Positions 24,004-38,330 of a stretch of 64,000 nt of DNA are shown piece by piece (the first letter of the stretch is position 1; every line of letters starts with the position of its first letter). The DNA is from Octopus sinensis (Eukaryota), in NCBI RefSeq assembly GCF_006345805.1, contig NC_043002.1:72974001-73038000 (forward strand), read 5' to 3'. The position numbers and the translations under genes were made by a program. Under the pieces are notes generated by a model. It made no database searches and was not told the origin of the DNA. It worked only from the letters and a program-made list of their open reading frames with translations.

Positions 24004-24819
24004 TAAACAGATGTTTATTTTATATTATACATGCAAATGACACTGATTAAAGCAGATTGATAATTTTGGGAATATTACACAAGCGCTAACTGCTGTGTGT
24101 TTGAGTGTAAATAGTTACATGTATAGATGTAATAAGTGTAAATTAATTTGATGGAGACTTAGATAGCTAGATAGATACATAGATAGATATTTAGAAATTT
24201 TGATGTGATTTTGATAACATATGTTATACTAAGATGGGAATGCAGCTTTTAAAACCTCCCAAAATTATTATACTCTTATTCTCTTTTGTTCCTGATTAAT
24301 ATCTTTTGCTTCCTTACAACTGTAAAGATTTTGTGGGCGTGAGTCAGGGATTAGAGGAGTTGGGGAGTGAAATCAAGGAACGATTTGATTAAAGTGTTTC
24401 GCAACAATAGGCCCTTTTGTAACTTTTGTCTCTGACCTGGAAACTCTGCAGTTTACTCATTATTGCTCTTTGAGTTTAGGAAAACTCGGTGCCCTTATTT
24501 TCAAATAAATAAAAGAAAGGAAACAAAAGAGGGGCTTGTCAATTGAAACAAAAATGTGGGAGGTGCTCCTTTTTTATTTTTCCATTTATTATTTTGGAAA
24601 GATTTTTCAGTAAAAAATAAATACAATAAAATAAAAGATAAAAATATAACAATGGCTGAGAGCTGTTATTGTTAAAAAAGGAATAAATAAATATTCTAGA
24701 AATTTCTAATGTTATTGCATGTCTTTTAAAGCATCCCGGGTAAAAATGAAGAATATGATTGGAACAATAGGCTTTATCTATGGTGTGTATGTGTCTGTCT
24801 GTGTGTAGCTGAAAGTATT

Positions 24820-24911
24820 TATTGTTCTGCATATATATATGTGTGTGTGTGCGTTTGAGTATGTGTAATTGTGAATCTATCTATGACAATGTATATATGT
24901 ATGTATATGTT

Positions 24912-24956
<45 letters not shown>

Positions 24957-26290
24957 TTATGTAAGTGTATGTGTGTTTGCAAGTGTGTGTGTGTGTGTAA
25001 ATGTATTTATAACTTTGTGTATATGTTTGTGTGTTCGAGTATGTGCAACTCATTCTATTTATGACTGTCTATATGAATGCATCTACATGTATGAATATGC
25101 AAATTTATGCATCTGTGCATGTGTATCTGTGTAAATATATATATGTGTGTGTGTACATGTGTACATTTGTTCATTGGTGAAAGTGTTTATCTTCTCATTA
25201 AGTTTTAGATGTATATGCGTGTTTGTATATAATATATATATATATATATATATAATTGTCTATCTTCCTTAACGCTATGTATGTATATATGTAAATACAT
25301 GCATGTTTGTCTACATATTTCAGTGTATATAAAACATGTACATACATATGTGTTTGTGTGTGTGCATGCGTGTGCACATGTAAATGTTTTTCAAGATGGT
25401 GTTATTTGATAAATTTCTTTGTAGATCTAGTACTTCGTTTATTTTCCCATCTCAAGAATGTAACAACAAATCAGAATTCTTTTCTCTTATATTCTTCCTG
25501 TTGTTAGAAAATTACTTTTTCATTGTATGCATGTCAATGTGTGTGTATGTGTGTGTGTGAGTGAAAAAAAAAGGGTGTGGAATGCAGCAAGAGAGATAGA
25601 GAGATATTCCTTTAAAAAGTTTTAATTTTGAGACAGGATGACATTCACCCAAGTTATCATCCATTTGTTTTGTGTTCTTTTGTTGTTTTTTTTTTCTGTC
25701 TTTTATTTTTCATCTTGTTTAAAACTTTCTAAAAATTCTTTAGCGCCCTATTTTAAGCGTGACTTAAAATTTTCATTTATCACAGACTATTTTTTTTTTT
25801 TGTATTTTGAGACTACTGATTACTTTGAAATTATGAATTCCCTTTTTGTTTGAATTTAGCTGTTATATATATGTAAGAGTGTGTGTGTGTGTATGAGTGT
25901 GTGTGCATGTGTGTGTATTCCTGTATATGTGCATATTCATGTATATATGTGTATGTATGTATATATGTGTATGTATGTATATATGTGTATATATATATGT
26001 GTGTGTGTGTGTGTGTATAAATATGTGTGTAAATGTGTGTATATGTGTATGTATATGTGTGTATATGTATATATGTGTATATGTATGTGTATCTATATAT
26101 GTGTGTATGTGTATGCATATATATATATATGTGTATCTATATATATGTGTATGCATATATATATATGTGTATCTATATATGTGTGTATGTGTATGCATAT
26201 ATATATGTGTATGTTTATATATGTTTGTGTGTATATATAAGTTTATACGTATATGTGTGTGTGTATGTGTATATATGTATATGTGTGTAT
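24820..26290. repeat. Degenerate (TG)/(TA)/(TATG) low-complexity tracts
   Basis: 24820-25400 and 25870-26290. Confidence 0.85.
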
Positions 26291-26723
26291 TACATTGGCT
26301 AGCTCTCTTATTATTATCATCATCATCACCATCATTAGCCTTATTGTCATAATCACCATCATTATTATCTTTTGTGGTAATCATCTTTTTCATTATCATC
26401 ATCTAAGTTTTTTGTTCATTTTCTTTTCTTCTTCACAAGAACAAAGATTCAGTGAGACTGTTTATGTCTGACCGAGTTTTGGTTCCTCACTCTAATGATT
26501 CTTCTTCACTTACATCACTGATGTTGTTGTTGTTGCTGTTGATGTCTAACCCTTTTGATACCAACCCGCCTGTGTTATAATAAAAATGCCTGTTCACATT
26601 GAGATTTAAATTTTCCATTATAGTTTCATCTAAGAACCTTTTGTTAAGTTATATTCCAAACATTAAATTAATAATGACAAAGCTGAAGCTTGGGTGGGTC
26701 ATCATGCCAATAATAAACACATG

Positions 26724-27127
26724 CCAGGAGTGACTGTGTGGTAAGTAGCTTGCTTACCAACCACATGGTTCTGGGTTCATTCCCACTACGTGGCATCTTG
26801 GGCAAGTGTCTTCTACTATAGCTTCGGGCTGACCAAAGCCTTGTGAGTGGATTTGATAGATGGAAACTGAAAGAAGCCCGTTGTATATATGTATATATAT
26901 ATGTATGTGTGTATGTTTGTGTGTTTGTGTTTGTCCCCCTAGCATTGCTTGACAACCAATGCTGGTGTGTTTATGTCCCCGTCACTTAGTGGTTTGACAA
27001 AATAGACTGATAGAATAAGTACTAGGCTTACGAAGAATAAGTCCTGGGGTCGATTTGCTTGACTAAAGGTGGTGCTCCAGCATGGCCGCAGTCAAATGAC
27101 TGAAACAAGTAAAAGAGTAAAAGAGTC
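26724..27127 (+). mobile_element. SINE family A, full length
   Basis: Similarity to other copies. Confidence 0.92.
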
Positions 27128-28224
27128 AGTTGGTTAACCAGTTAACTAATCAATCATTTGTTTGATTGTTTTATTGATTGGTTAAGTGCTTAATCAATTG
27201 ACTATTATAAGCAAAGAAAGCACAGGCATAGTTATATGGTTAAGAAGATCACTTTACAACTTCATGGTTTTGGATTCTGCTTTGTGAGTGAATTTGATAG
27301 ACAGAAACTGTATAGAAACCTGTCTCACACACACACACATCATCAATGTTTGCTTGACATCAATGTTTGTTGGCTTACATCCCCATAACTTAGTGGCTCA
27401 GCAAAAGAGACTGATAAAGCAAGTATCAAACTAAAAACAAAATATGTACTAGAGCCAATTTATTTAACCAAAAACCCTTCAAAATAGTGCTTCAGCATGG
27501 CTACTGTCCAATAGCTGAAACATGTAAAAGACAAAAGGTGAAAGAACCAGTGCATGTGTTTATTATTGGCATGATGACCCTCCCAAGATACAACAAAATC
27601 TGTTTCAACACACAAGTTCACATTAAGAATCTTGTAAATGAAATACTAAAAGAAAATGACAAAATTATTTTACTAAATCTCTTTAAATACTTGATTGTTT
27701 TCAAATTAATTGGACCATTTAGACATAAATATATCTATGTGGTTTACACAGGTCATCCAAGATGTAGTATACCTATAATCAGAGGTGTTTCAACTTTCAC
27801 CTTCTTATCTCTGTTTATCTTTTTTCCAATAACGTCTGCTTCTCAGTGCTGGCTGGGTTTTGCCTCATTCATTCAGCCATTTCCATTTCACTTGTCCCTC
27901 CTCCTCCTCTCGTCATGCTTGATGTGTCCAACCTTCCAGGGCCCTGCACTAACCACTAGCATAGCGAGAGGTGTGGGGGACAGAGGGGGCAGTCTGCCCC
28001 AGGCAGTACTTCTATGGAGGTAGCACCACTCTGGGGTCTGCTGTATGCAATATGTATTTTTTGTGGGCCTCTGGGGGCAGCACACACTCCAGCTACACTC
28101 CTGATCCTTCTTTCTCAGAATGACAGCCCTGAGGAATTCCCTCTTGGCTCTTGTCTTCCTTGCTGATATTAATTTTCAAGGAGACACGAGGAACATTAAT
28201 GGCATCAGTCTCATAGGTGTAGGA

Positions 28225-28440
28225 GAAAGCAGTGAGGTGGTAGAACTGTTAACACACTGGGCAAAATTCTTAGTGGCATTTCGTTTGTCTTAACATTTTG
28301 AGTTCAAATTCCACTGAAGGTTATTTTGCCTTTCATTCTTTCGGCGTTGATAAAGTAAATACCAGTTAAACACTGGGGTTGATGTAATCAACTTACCCCA
28401 CCCCCGTAAAATTGCTGGCATTGTGCCAAAATTAGAAGCC
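28225..28440 (+). mobile_element. SINE family B
   Basis: Similarity to other copies. Confidence 0.8.
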
Positions 28441-28702
28441 AATCTTACTGGGGTGGGAGGGCCTGAAAAAGCCATAGGCATTACCCTTTCCATCAGACCT
28501 AGTTGGTTAAAAAAAATTTTAATTATAGAACTTTCTTATCTAATATGTCTTTTACTCTTTATGATAATAGTGTTATTTGAGGATAATTTGGCTGCAATTT
28601 ATAGCTGGTCAAGAGACCACATAAGGCTCCCTTGTTAACACATGATGACCAATGTTTTTAGGGAATTTCTTTCTTCTTGCCTGTAATTCTGAAGCCTTTT
28701 AA

Positions 28703-28924
28703 CCCTTTAGCATTAAAACAAGCCATATCGGGCTCAAAATATTCTGCTTGTTCAATGCTCAAACTGGCCAGATCAGACCTCTTACTCCTACCTAACAATG
28801 TTAGTCTAAAACTAAACAATCACCTCTATATTAATCTTGAAGCTGCAAGATAATGTGTGATTAATTCAAAACAATATGAATAGATAAACATTACATTTGA
28901 TAGAATAATTTGAATGCTAAAGGG
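28703..28924. mobile_element. piggyBac-like MITE, family 1
   Basis: TTAA TSDs at 28699-702 and 28925-28; TIRs ccctttagcatt / aatgctaaaggg; partial copy ends near 18420. Confidence 0.85.
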
Positions 28925-29785
28925 TTAATTCAGCATGAATGCCACCAAGGTATGCCAGGTTCTTTAGCCCACGTTACTCTTATATTACTTGTTTCAGTCA
29001 TTGGACTGTGGCCATGCTTGGGTTTAGCTGAACAAGTTGGCTCCAATACTATTTTAAGTATGTACTTATTCTTAGTCTAGTGGTGTTATGTCCTTGGGTA
29101 GGTCCTGTGCATGTGAATCTTCTCCAGCACTCTCTACATGACATGGGAGGGCCTATACCCTCCCCTGCTGCTGTAAAATAGGCCACTGGAGCTTCGGCTA
29201 CCATGACCTGTAATGTTCAGACTTTTTAATGCTTACATTAAAAAGACAAAGAATAAATAAACCTAATTGATTTCAGTCAAATCTCCTGGCAGAATGACAA
29301 AACACATTAAACCAATTAGTTTTGATGGTGAGGATTTGGTAATTGTTTGGAACACATTTGTGTGTTGTTGTCCATTTGAACAATGATTCAAACAATGGTT
29401 ATTGATCGAAATCAAATTTCAGTTTTAACCAAATATAAAAGAATATAATGGGATGCAAATATATCGAAGCTATTAATAACCATTTCTCTGTTAAAAGGTT
29501 CTTGAACCAAACTTTGGACGGATTTGCTGTTAAAAATATTATGCGTAGGCAATAGTGCAGTTTAGGAATGTCTACAATACAGAGTTTCTTTCTGGTTACA
29601 GAAAATACATCATCATCATCATCATCATCTGTCTCTTTTTCCATGCTGACAAAGGTCAAACAGTTTGACAGGAACTAATACGCTAAAGGGCTGTGCTGAG
29701 CTCCAGTGTCTGCTTTGATATGGTTTCTACAACTGGATGTTCTTCCTAACATCATATTTGTATTTTATTTGCTTTGTTGTATATA

Positions 29786-30305
29786 CCGTAAATCCCCAAG
29801 TATAATCTGCATTTTTTCCCCAAAATTTAAAGGTCAAAATCCCTAGTAGGTATTATATACGAGGTTAAAAATGAAAAATATTTTCTAAGCAATGTCCGAG
29901 TCTCTATTTGCTGTCTGGCAATGTTTATTCAGACGCATTTTGTGATGTCGGGCGCGAAAATACCTTAAGCTAAGCCTGAAAGCAATGAAGTCATAAAAGA
30001 ATCATCCATAACTTGCAGTAAGCAACATTTATTAGAATAAAAGTATTCAAAACACAGAATAACATGTAACAAAAACAATTTGCAAGCATTTACATTCCCA
30101 TATAACAGTTAAGAACATCACCATTATTGTATTATGCATGCGTGGAAGTGTTTGTTTGACTAGTTGCTGCTGCCTTAATTACGCACGACTCAAGTTAGAG
30201 AAGGGGTGCATATTATACACAAGGTTTAGGTTTTTCAGAGGTACAGACCCCTAAAAATACCCAGTGTATTATACTCAAGGGCAGACTATACTCAAGGATT
30301 TACGG
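29786..30305. mobile_element. Tc1/mariner-superfamily (Tc2/pogo-like) non-autonomous element
   Basis: TA|ccgtaaatcc ... ggatttacgg|TA with subterminal tattata(c/t)ac repeats. Confidence 0.8.
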
Positions 30306-30811
30306 TAACTTTTCCTGTTGGACATTCCCATTACGAATTGTTGATGGGAAATTACAAGGATTTAGGTATGTTCCAACAGTAGTGATACCTCTGACAGTGC
30401 CATGCAGTATAGATGCTACAAGGGTATGCCATATTCTTTGACCCACATTTAAATAGATACTCTCTTACTCTTATATTACTTGTTTCAGTTATTGGATTTT
30501 GGCCATTCTTGAATTTAGGTTGAACAAACACTTAATCTAGTGGTGGCCTGACCTTGGGTAGGTCCTGTGCATTTTAACCTTCTCCAGCATTCTCTATATG
30601 ACCTGGGTGGGGCCTTACCCAACCTTGCTTTTATTAAAGTAGACTTTGGCTATTGTGACTAGACTTGGGATGGATACTAGAGGGGTTTCCCATTGCCATC
30701 TCCATGCAGGTGGGATTTGAACACAGAATGTACAGAACTGGATGATATACTGTAAAGCATGTCTACCAATGCACCAGCAATTCTGCCACTCTGCCACCCA
30801 CAACTGGTGCC

Positions 30812-31125
30812 TCCGTTGGTTATGATGATGAGAGTTTCAGTTGATCTGATCAACGGAACAGCTTGCTCATGAAATTAATGTGCAAGTGGCTGAGAACTCC
30901 ACAGGCATGCTTACTGTGAATGTAGTTCTCAGGGAGCTTCAGCGTGACACAATGTGACAAGGCTGGCCCTTGAAATACAGGTGCTACTCATTTTTGTCAG
31001 CTGAGCGGACTGGAGGATTATGAAATAAAATGTCTTGCTCAAGGACATAACATGCTGCCAGGAATCAACCTCACAGCCATATGATCATGAGCTGAATACC
31101 CGAACCACTAAGCCATGCGCCTTCA
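30812..31125 (-). mobile_element. tRNA-derived SINE family C, near full length
   Basis: tRNA-like head on minus strand (aggcgcatggcttagtggttcgg...), conserved ctccagtccgctcagctg core. Confidence 0.8.
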
Positions 31126-31245
31126 CACCCACAGAGCAATGTGAAATGAAGTTTTTTTGTTCAAGAGCACAACATGCCAGCCAGTCTGGGAATTGAAACC
31201 ATAATCTAGTGATTGTGATTGCAACATCGTAACCATAGGCAATAT

Positions 31246-31455
31246 ACCTTTTCTCAGGCCACATGCCTTTACCTAAGCCACATGCTTTTTCTCGGGCCAC
31301 ATGCCTTTACCTATGCCACATGCCTTTTCTCAGGCCACATGCCTTTACCTATGCCACACACCTTTTCTCAGGCCACATGCCTTTTCTCAGGCCACACACC
31401 TTTACCTAGGCCACATGCCATTTCTCAGGTCACATGCTTTTACCTAGGCCACATG
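31246..31455. repeat. Minisatellite of alternating 18/19-bp units
   Basis: ttttctcaggccacatgcc and tttacctaggccacatgc, about 11 units. Confidence 0.9.
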
Positions 31456-32759
31456 CATTCATGTACTTTTTCCATTGGGCCTTTTTTGTCAAATGTGGAG
31501 GTGCATGACTTAGTGGTTAGACATGTTAGACTCATGATTGTAAGATTACGGTTTTGATTCTTGGACTGAGCAATGTGGTGTGTTCTTGAGCCAAACACTA
31601 TACTTCATGTTGCTCCAGTCTGCTCAGCTGGCAAAAATGAGTAATCCTGCAATGGACTGGCATCCCATCCAGGTGGTGGCACATAAAGCACCCCTTACAC
31701 TCTCAGGGTGGTTGGCGTTAGAAAGGGCATCCAACTATAGAAACCATACCAAATCAGTCTGGAGTCTGGTGTAGCCTTCCAGCTTGCCAGCCCTGGTCAA
31801 ACTGTCCAACCCATGCCAGCATGGACAACAGACATTAAATGATGATGATGATGTCAGAAACCAGGAAACTAGCCCTTACGCGTCACCATGACTCATGAAG
31901 GTGACTTTGTTTTTTGTTTTTGTTTTGTCAAACCACTAAGTCATGTGGACATGAACAAGCCAACACCAGTTGTCAAGCAGTAACTAACACAAACAGAAAG
32001 GCAGAGCCTCACCACCATCATGAACACATGTATAACAGGCTTCCACACTGTTTCCATTTACCAAAATTCATTCTGGAGGCATTGGTTGTCACGTAGTTAT
32101 AGAAAAAAAACAAACTTTCTCATATGCTGTACAGTAGGACTGAACCGGAAACTATGTGTTTGCAAAACAAACCTCTTAACCACAGCCATGCCTGTGCTTA
32201 TACATACAAGTGAAATTGATAAGGGAATAAGGTACTTAATTATTAGCTGATGGGCTGTAATTTAATATTTGCTCAATCTTTGAGTGAATCACAGTTAAGT
32301 GATTTGAAGTATTAAATTACTTGTATGCGAGAAATATGTGCCATGCTTTGTGGGATATTAACTGCAATCACACTATCTGCTTGTACAGGGAGAAAAATCA
32401 TCTTATCAGAGAAGGGATATTTAAGCTTTTTTTTTTTTAACCAAAAAGTAAGACATACCAATTTTATAAACTTATTTAGTACCCCTAAAAAAATGTTGGA
32501 TCCTTTAATTAGAGACAAAGTTCCTGTCATTCTGTACAGGTCTTAGTTGAGTGCATTATCCCCAGTTCTTTGTCTGCTATTTTGGTTTTTTTTTTTATTA
32601 CTTTTGGACATGAAAGGCAAAAGTTGATCTGATCATGTAGGCTTCTAACCAGAAGATAAATGGTCATAACCAAAGCTACACAGAATTTTTGCTTAATGTA
32701 CCAATTCTGCTATCCCAATCCCATCATATATATATATCTCTCTCTCTCTCCATGTATTG

Positions 32760-33118
32760 ATTACATTTTCGTTTCAGTTGAAATCGAAATGCATGTTGAC
32801 CACATTAGTACTTAATTTTGTAAGCCTGATACTTATTCTATTGGTCTTGTTTGGTAAGCTACTGTGTTACAGGGACATAAACAAACCAACACTGGTAGCC
32901 AAGTGGTCATGGAGGACTGACACAAACACACACACACACACACATGCATATACATAATGGGCTGCTTTCAGTTTCCATCTACCAGATCCACTCGCATGGC
33001 TTTAGTCAGTCTAGGGCAATAGTAGAAGAGACTTGCCAAAAGTGCCACTTAGTGGGACTGAACCCGGAACCATGTGGTTGGGAAGCAAACTTCTTACTAC
33101 GCAGCCACACCTGCACCT
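32760..33118 (-). mobile_element. SINE family A (degenerate)
   Basis: Similarity to other copies. Confidence 0.8.
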
Positions 33119-33789
33119 ATAAAATTCGTATGCCTTCCATCTACCAAATTTCACTCACAAAGCTTTTGCCAGTCAATATTTTTGTTCATTTTGGTTTTGA
33201 GGAATGAGCTGTGCCTGTAACCTTCATGGACACACCAAGACAGATGAAATTCAATGTGGGTAACATTCTACAAACTGACAGCTACATAAGAGTTTCCAGA
33301 AGGTTGATGTTCTGGAGAAGAAAAGGACTGGATGTAAGTGGCTATTGCAGACCTAGGGTCAAGTTTTTTTTACAGTATTGGTAAGAAGAAGAAGAAAAAG
33401 AGGAAACAGCATGTCTCTGGGCCAAAGAAGGTTGGTGTGTGTTGGCAAACAACTTCATGCCAACTATTTAGGTGACTGCTGCCATACTGGAGCACCAATT
33501 TTAGTCAAACAAACTGACCCCAAGATTTATTCTTTGTAAGCCTAGTACTTATTCTGTTGGTGTCTTTTGCTGACTGCTAAGTTACAGGGATGTAAACACA
33601 GTAACATCGGTTGTCAAGTGATGGTTAGAGTACAAACACAGACATACACACAAATATGCACATATATACGACAGTCTTCTTTCAGTATATATATAAAACT
33701 TATTGGAAAAGGATGCGTGGCATTCAATCATATAATAATATAAATAATATATAAATAGATGCATATATACATACAGACATGTACATACC

Positions 33790-34030
33790 TACATATATAT
33801 GTATATATATACATGCATATATGGGTACAGAACATCAGAAAAATGTTGAACACAATGAGAAACGAAAGCATAAAAACAAAAACATAGAAAACAAACTTTT
33901 TCGAACAACTGAAAAAACAGACAAAGAAACAAGACATGCAACATAAAGAATATTCCCCTTCATCAGTTGTCTCTGTTTCATCTACTCTGTGTTTCGAAGG
34001 CATGGACAATACTCAGCTTCATTGAAAAGT
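33790..34030 (-). mobile_element. Probable Penelope-type terminal fragment
   Basis: Abuts a (TA)n tract; minus strand carries cgaaac and ctgatgaagggg motifs typical of PLE terminal repeats; identification from recall. Confidence 0.4.
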
Positions 34031-34499
34031 CCTTCCTACAAAGCAAATTAAATAAAATTTGGGATTTTTTGCAGAGGGTGAAAGTGGTAACACGAACAGG
34101 ACAGTGAGAAAAAGACAGTAAAGACAAACGGTGAGGGCTGTTAAGCCAAGACGATAGAAAAATTATTATGAACGCTAGGAGGACGAGCTTATGAGAGGAG
34201 ACAGGTATAAGCACATCTTATCTTTAGGAATGAAATGGGCAGAAAGATAGATTCCCTTTTGTCACGTGTCAGCAACGAGAGAGTCAAGGAGGTAGAATGA
34301 GAGAGAGGGAACAGTGAAGAGGAGAGGAGAAGAATAGGGAAGGGTGGGAGAGAAAACCAGAAAGGATGAAGAACAAGAGAGGGAGAGAGATAGACAGAGA
34401 AGAGATAGTAGAGATAGAAGATTAAATGGCTGGCTTGGTTTTTGAATTTAGTGTTGCAGATCATGATATCATTTGCATCACAGAACTCCAGCAATTTTG

Positions 34500-34765
34500 T
34501 TCCCTTCTCACTTCTAGGTCCAAAACCTCGAGCCATACCAGAATCATAAGGGCTGGTTTCCTGGTTTCAATGGCGTATATATTCCCCACCTGGATGGGAT
34601 GCCAGTCCATTGCAGAGTTATCTCATTTTACCCGCTGAGTGGACTGGAGCAATGTGAAATGAAGTGTTTTGCTCAAGAACACAACGTGTCGCCTGGTCCA
34701 GGAATTGAAACTACAGTCTTATGATCCTGAGTCCAACACCCTTAACACTAAGCCACATGCCTCCA
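34500..34765 (-). mobile_element. SINE family C variant
   Basis: tRNA-like head and shared core. Confidence 0.75.
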
Positions 34766-35422
34766 CAGACAAAGAGAATGCAGAATATAAAATCCTTGCT
34801 TTCAACCAAAGATTCAGAATTATCATGGACTTAGCAGACTGAGAGACTAATTCCAGCTGAAATTAAATTAACCTCAAGCTTTCTTGCAATATTGCAATAA
34901 TCTAGTTGATGTATGGCGTTAAAAATCATTTAACTTGACAGATTTACTTGGATTCCTCCATTTTGATATTGGCAAAAACAGCAACAACAACAGGAAATAG
35001 AATGGACAACAACAACAACAACAATTACGGTAACGCTAACATAACTGCAGCAATAAAGATCATGACAACAATACAAACAACATCAGCAAACTTGATGGTA
35101 CTTTTAGAAATACAAAAATAATAAGAAAAAAAACTACACTGAGAAACAGACTGGAAGTCACATTGTAATAATGGTATGTTTGTTCTTAGCTCTAATTATT
35201 CCCAATATAAATGAAACTGAAAAAAATAAACAAACAAAAAACAACAACAAATAAATGAATAAACAAAAGAAAGAGAGAGAAATAGAAAATGAAAAGATAA
35301 AAAAGTGTATATCTTACTCAGAAGTATCATGTTTCATGAATAGTGTGTGTGTATATGTATGTATGTATGTATGTGCATACATATATATATCATTAAAAAA
35401 TACATATATCATATTTATATCA

Positions 35423-35468
<46 letters not shown>

Positions 35469-35523
35469 ATATATTTGACAAATAATAAATCAAAAACAAA
35501 ACAATCCAAAAAGGAAATAAATA

Positions 35524-35908
35524 TGCTTACCAACCACATGGTTCCGAGTTCAGTCCCACTGCGTGGCACCTTGGGCAAGTATCTTCTACTATAGCCTCGG
35601 GCTGACCAAAGCCTTGTGAGTGGATTTGGTAGATGGAAACTGAAAGAAGCCCATCATATATATGTATACATATATGTATATATGTATGTGTGTATATGTT
35701 TGTGTGTCTGTGTTTGTCCCCACCAACATCGCTTGACTACTGATGCTGGTGTGTTTACGTCTCCGTAACTTAGCGGTTCGGCAAAAGTCTCCGATAGAAT
35801 AAGTACTAGGCTTACAAAGAATAAGTCCTGGGTCGATTTGTTCGACTAAAGGGGCTGCTCCAGCATGACCGCAGTCATATGACTGAAACGAGTAAAAGAG
35901 TAAAAGAG
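35524..35908 (+). mobile_element. SINE family A, 5'-clipped
   Basis: Similarity to other copies. Confidence 0.92.
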
Positions 35909-35989
35909 AGTATGTAAATATGAAGAAAAAATACGAAGGAAAAAAAATTTTTTATTGTTTATCTTAGAGATGCTATTAGTATGAGTGTT

Positions 35990-36665
35990 ATACACATACA
36001 TAAACACATGAACATGTAGACACACATACACACACACATCCGATTAATATGCAGATACAAACATATGGACTCACAAGCACACTTGCACACATGCCCACAT
36101 GCACATATATACACACCTGAATATGCAGACACGCAGAAACATGCAGAAACATACATACGCACACGCACACAAACACGAACACACACACAAACACGAACAC
36201 ACACACACTCACATAACCCATACATACACATATACACATACATCTGAAAACTGAAAACACACACAAACATGCAGAAACGTACACACGCACACATGCAAAC
36301 ATGAACACACGCGCGCACTAACGTGAAGATATACACACATACACACACACATACACACACATACTCACACATACACACACATACACACACATACACATGC
36401 GCGAACAAGAAGACACACACACACATACACAATATACTTATGCACACACATATGCACACATGGACTCATGCAAACACAAGCACATCTGAGTGCACGCTGT
36501 ATACATAAAGATGCATAAACACATGCATACGCACACACACTCACACATGAATATGCATACATGTAAACCCATGTAAACACATACATACATTCAATCGCAC
36601 ATGAAGACATACACATAAGCCTATAGACACAGACACTCACACATAGATATCCACGCATACACACA
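35990..36665. repeat. Degenerate (CA)-rich tract
   Basis: Direct inspection. Confidence 0.9.
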
Positions 36666-36884
36666 ACCAGGAAATCTCTAGAGAGGTTTGTTCCCAGATT
36701 TTATCACATACATAACTAGGGTTTGACGGGGGTGCAGGGGGGGCGAACATTAGTTTATACATGCTTGTGTGTGTGTGTGTGTTAGTGAATGTATATGTCT
36801 GAGTGCATGTATATAACTGTGTGTGTGGTGTGCTGTGGCATGTGTGGAGTGACTGCTGTTATTATACTTATGTACATTTATTTC

Positions 36885-37295
36885 TTGATTGCCCACAGGG
36901 GGCTAAACGTAGAGGGGACAAACAAGGACAGAGAAAGGTATTAAGTCGATTACATTGACCCCAGTGTGTAACTGGTACTTATTTAATTGAACCCAAAAGG
37001 ATGCAAGGCAAAGTCGACCTCGGCAGAATTTGAACTCAGAACGTAGCGGCAGACGAAATACTTATTTCTTTACTACCCACAAGGGGCTAAACACAGAGGG
37101 GACAAACAAGGACAGATAAACGGATTAAGTTGATTATATCGACCCCAGTGCATAACTGGTACTTATTTAATCAACCCTGAAAGGATGAAAGGCAAAGTCG
37201 ACCTCGGCGGAATTTGAACTCAGAACGTAGCGGCAGACGAACTACCGCTAAGCATTTCGCCCGGCGTGCTAACGTTTCTGCCAGCTCACCGCCTT
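36885..37295 (-). mobile_element. Two head-to-tail SINE family B copies
   Basis: Repeated ccacaggggctaaac...gaaatac unit, junction near 37070. Confidence 0.9.
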
Positions 37296-37599
37296 ATGCT
37301 TATGTATATTATATCATGATGATTGTAACAGAGTAACTGATCAGATTCTCACCCTGTCTCCATTCTCGGTTGTTGTTGTTTAACCACAGGTTGGTACTGG
37401 TCAAAAAAGACCTGTGAGCAAAAGATATTCAAGCCAGGATCACTGTTTTTTTTCTTTCTTTGTCCAGGAATGATGTAACCTTGGACTACATTATTCATCG
37501 TCTCCTTTTACCAAATGGAGAGTGTAGTCTGGGGGAGATTTGGCTGCTATTTCTAGCAGATCGAATGACTACAGAGACGTCCCCTTTCGCTTGTTTCGT

Positions 37600-38330
37600 G
37601 TATGTATGTGTGTGTGTATTTGTGTGTGCATGTGTCATTGCTGATCATATCTGAGTAAATGCTTACATGTGTACATCTGTGTGTCACATGTTGATTTTAT
37701 CGCCTATCGTGTAGGTCATATGATGTGTGTATATGTGTGTGAATATATATCTGTGTGTGTGTGTGTGTGTGTACATGTATAATTTTTTTAATGTCTATAT
37801 ATTTATGTGCTTATATGTTCATCTGTGTACATGTGCACACAAACATATGTATGTGTGTATGTATGTATGTTGTGTGTGTGTATGTACATATGTGTATATA
37901 GTTCTATGTATGCTTGTGTATCTTTCTATGTATGTTTGTGTAGATTTCTGAGTATGTGTATATATTTCTATGTATGTATGTATGTAAGTATGTATGTATG
38001 TATGTATGTATGTATGTATGTATGTGTGTGTGTGTGTATATATATATATGTGTATATATTTCTATGTATGTGTGTATGTATGTATGTATGTATGTATGTA
38101 TGTGCATGTGTGTATATTTCTATGTATGTATGTCTGTATGTATGTTTCTGTGTATGTATGGAATGAATGAATGAATGAAAGAAGAAAGGCAGGACCAAAA
38201 GAAGGGAGGCAAACCTTTTCAAGACACTATCATTGTGTGTATTTATATTTATGCATGCATCTGTGACTGTGTGTATGTATATGTGTGTATGCACGTGTAG
38301 TGTGTGTGTGTGTGTGTGTGTGTTCTATCC
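37600..38330. repeat. (TG)/(TATG)n tract
   Basis: Direct inspection. Confidence 0.9.

Noticed and set aside
33940-34000. CTGATGA motif on the minus strand as a third hammerhead
   Set aside because: No GAAA follows the putative stem II, so the core is incomplete
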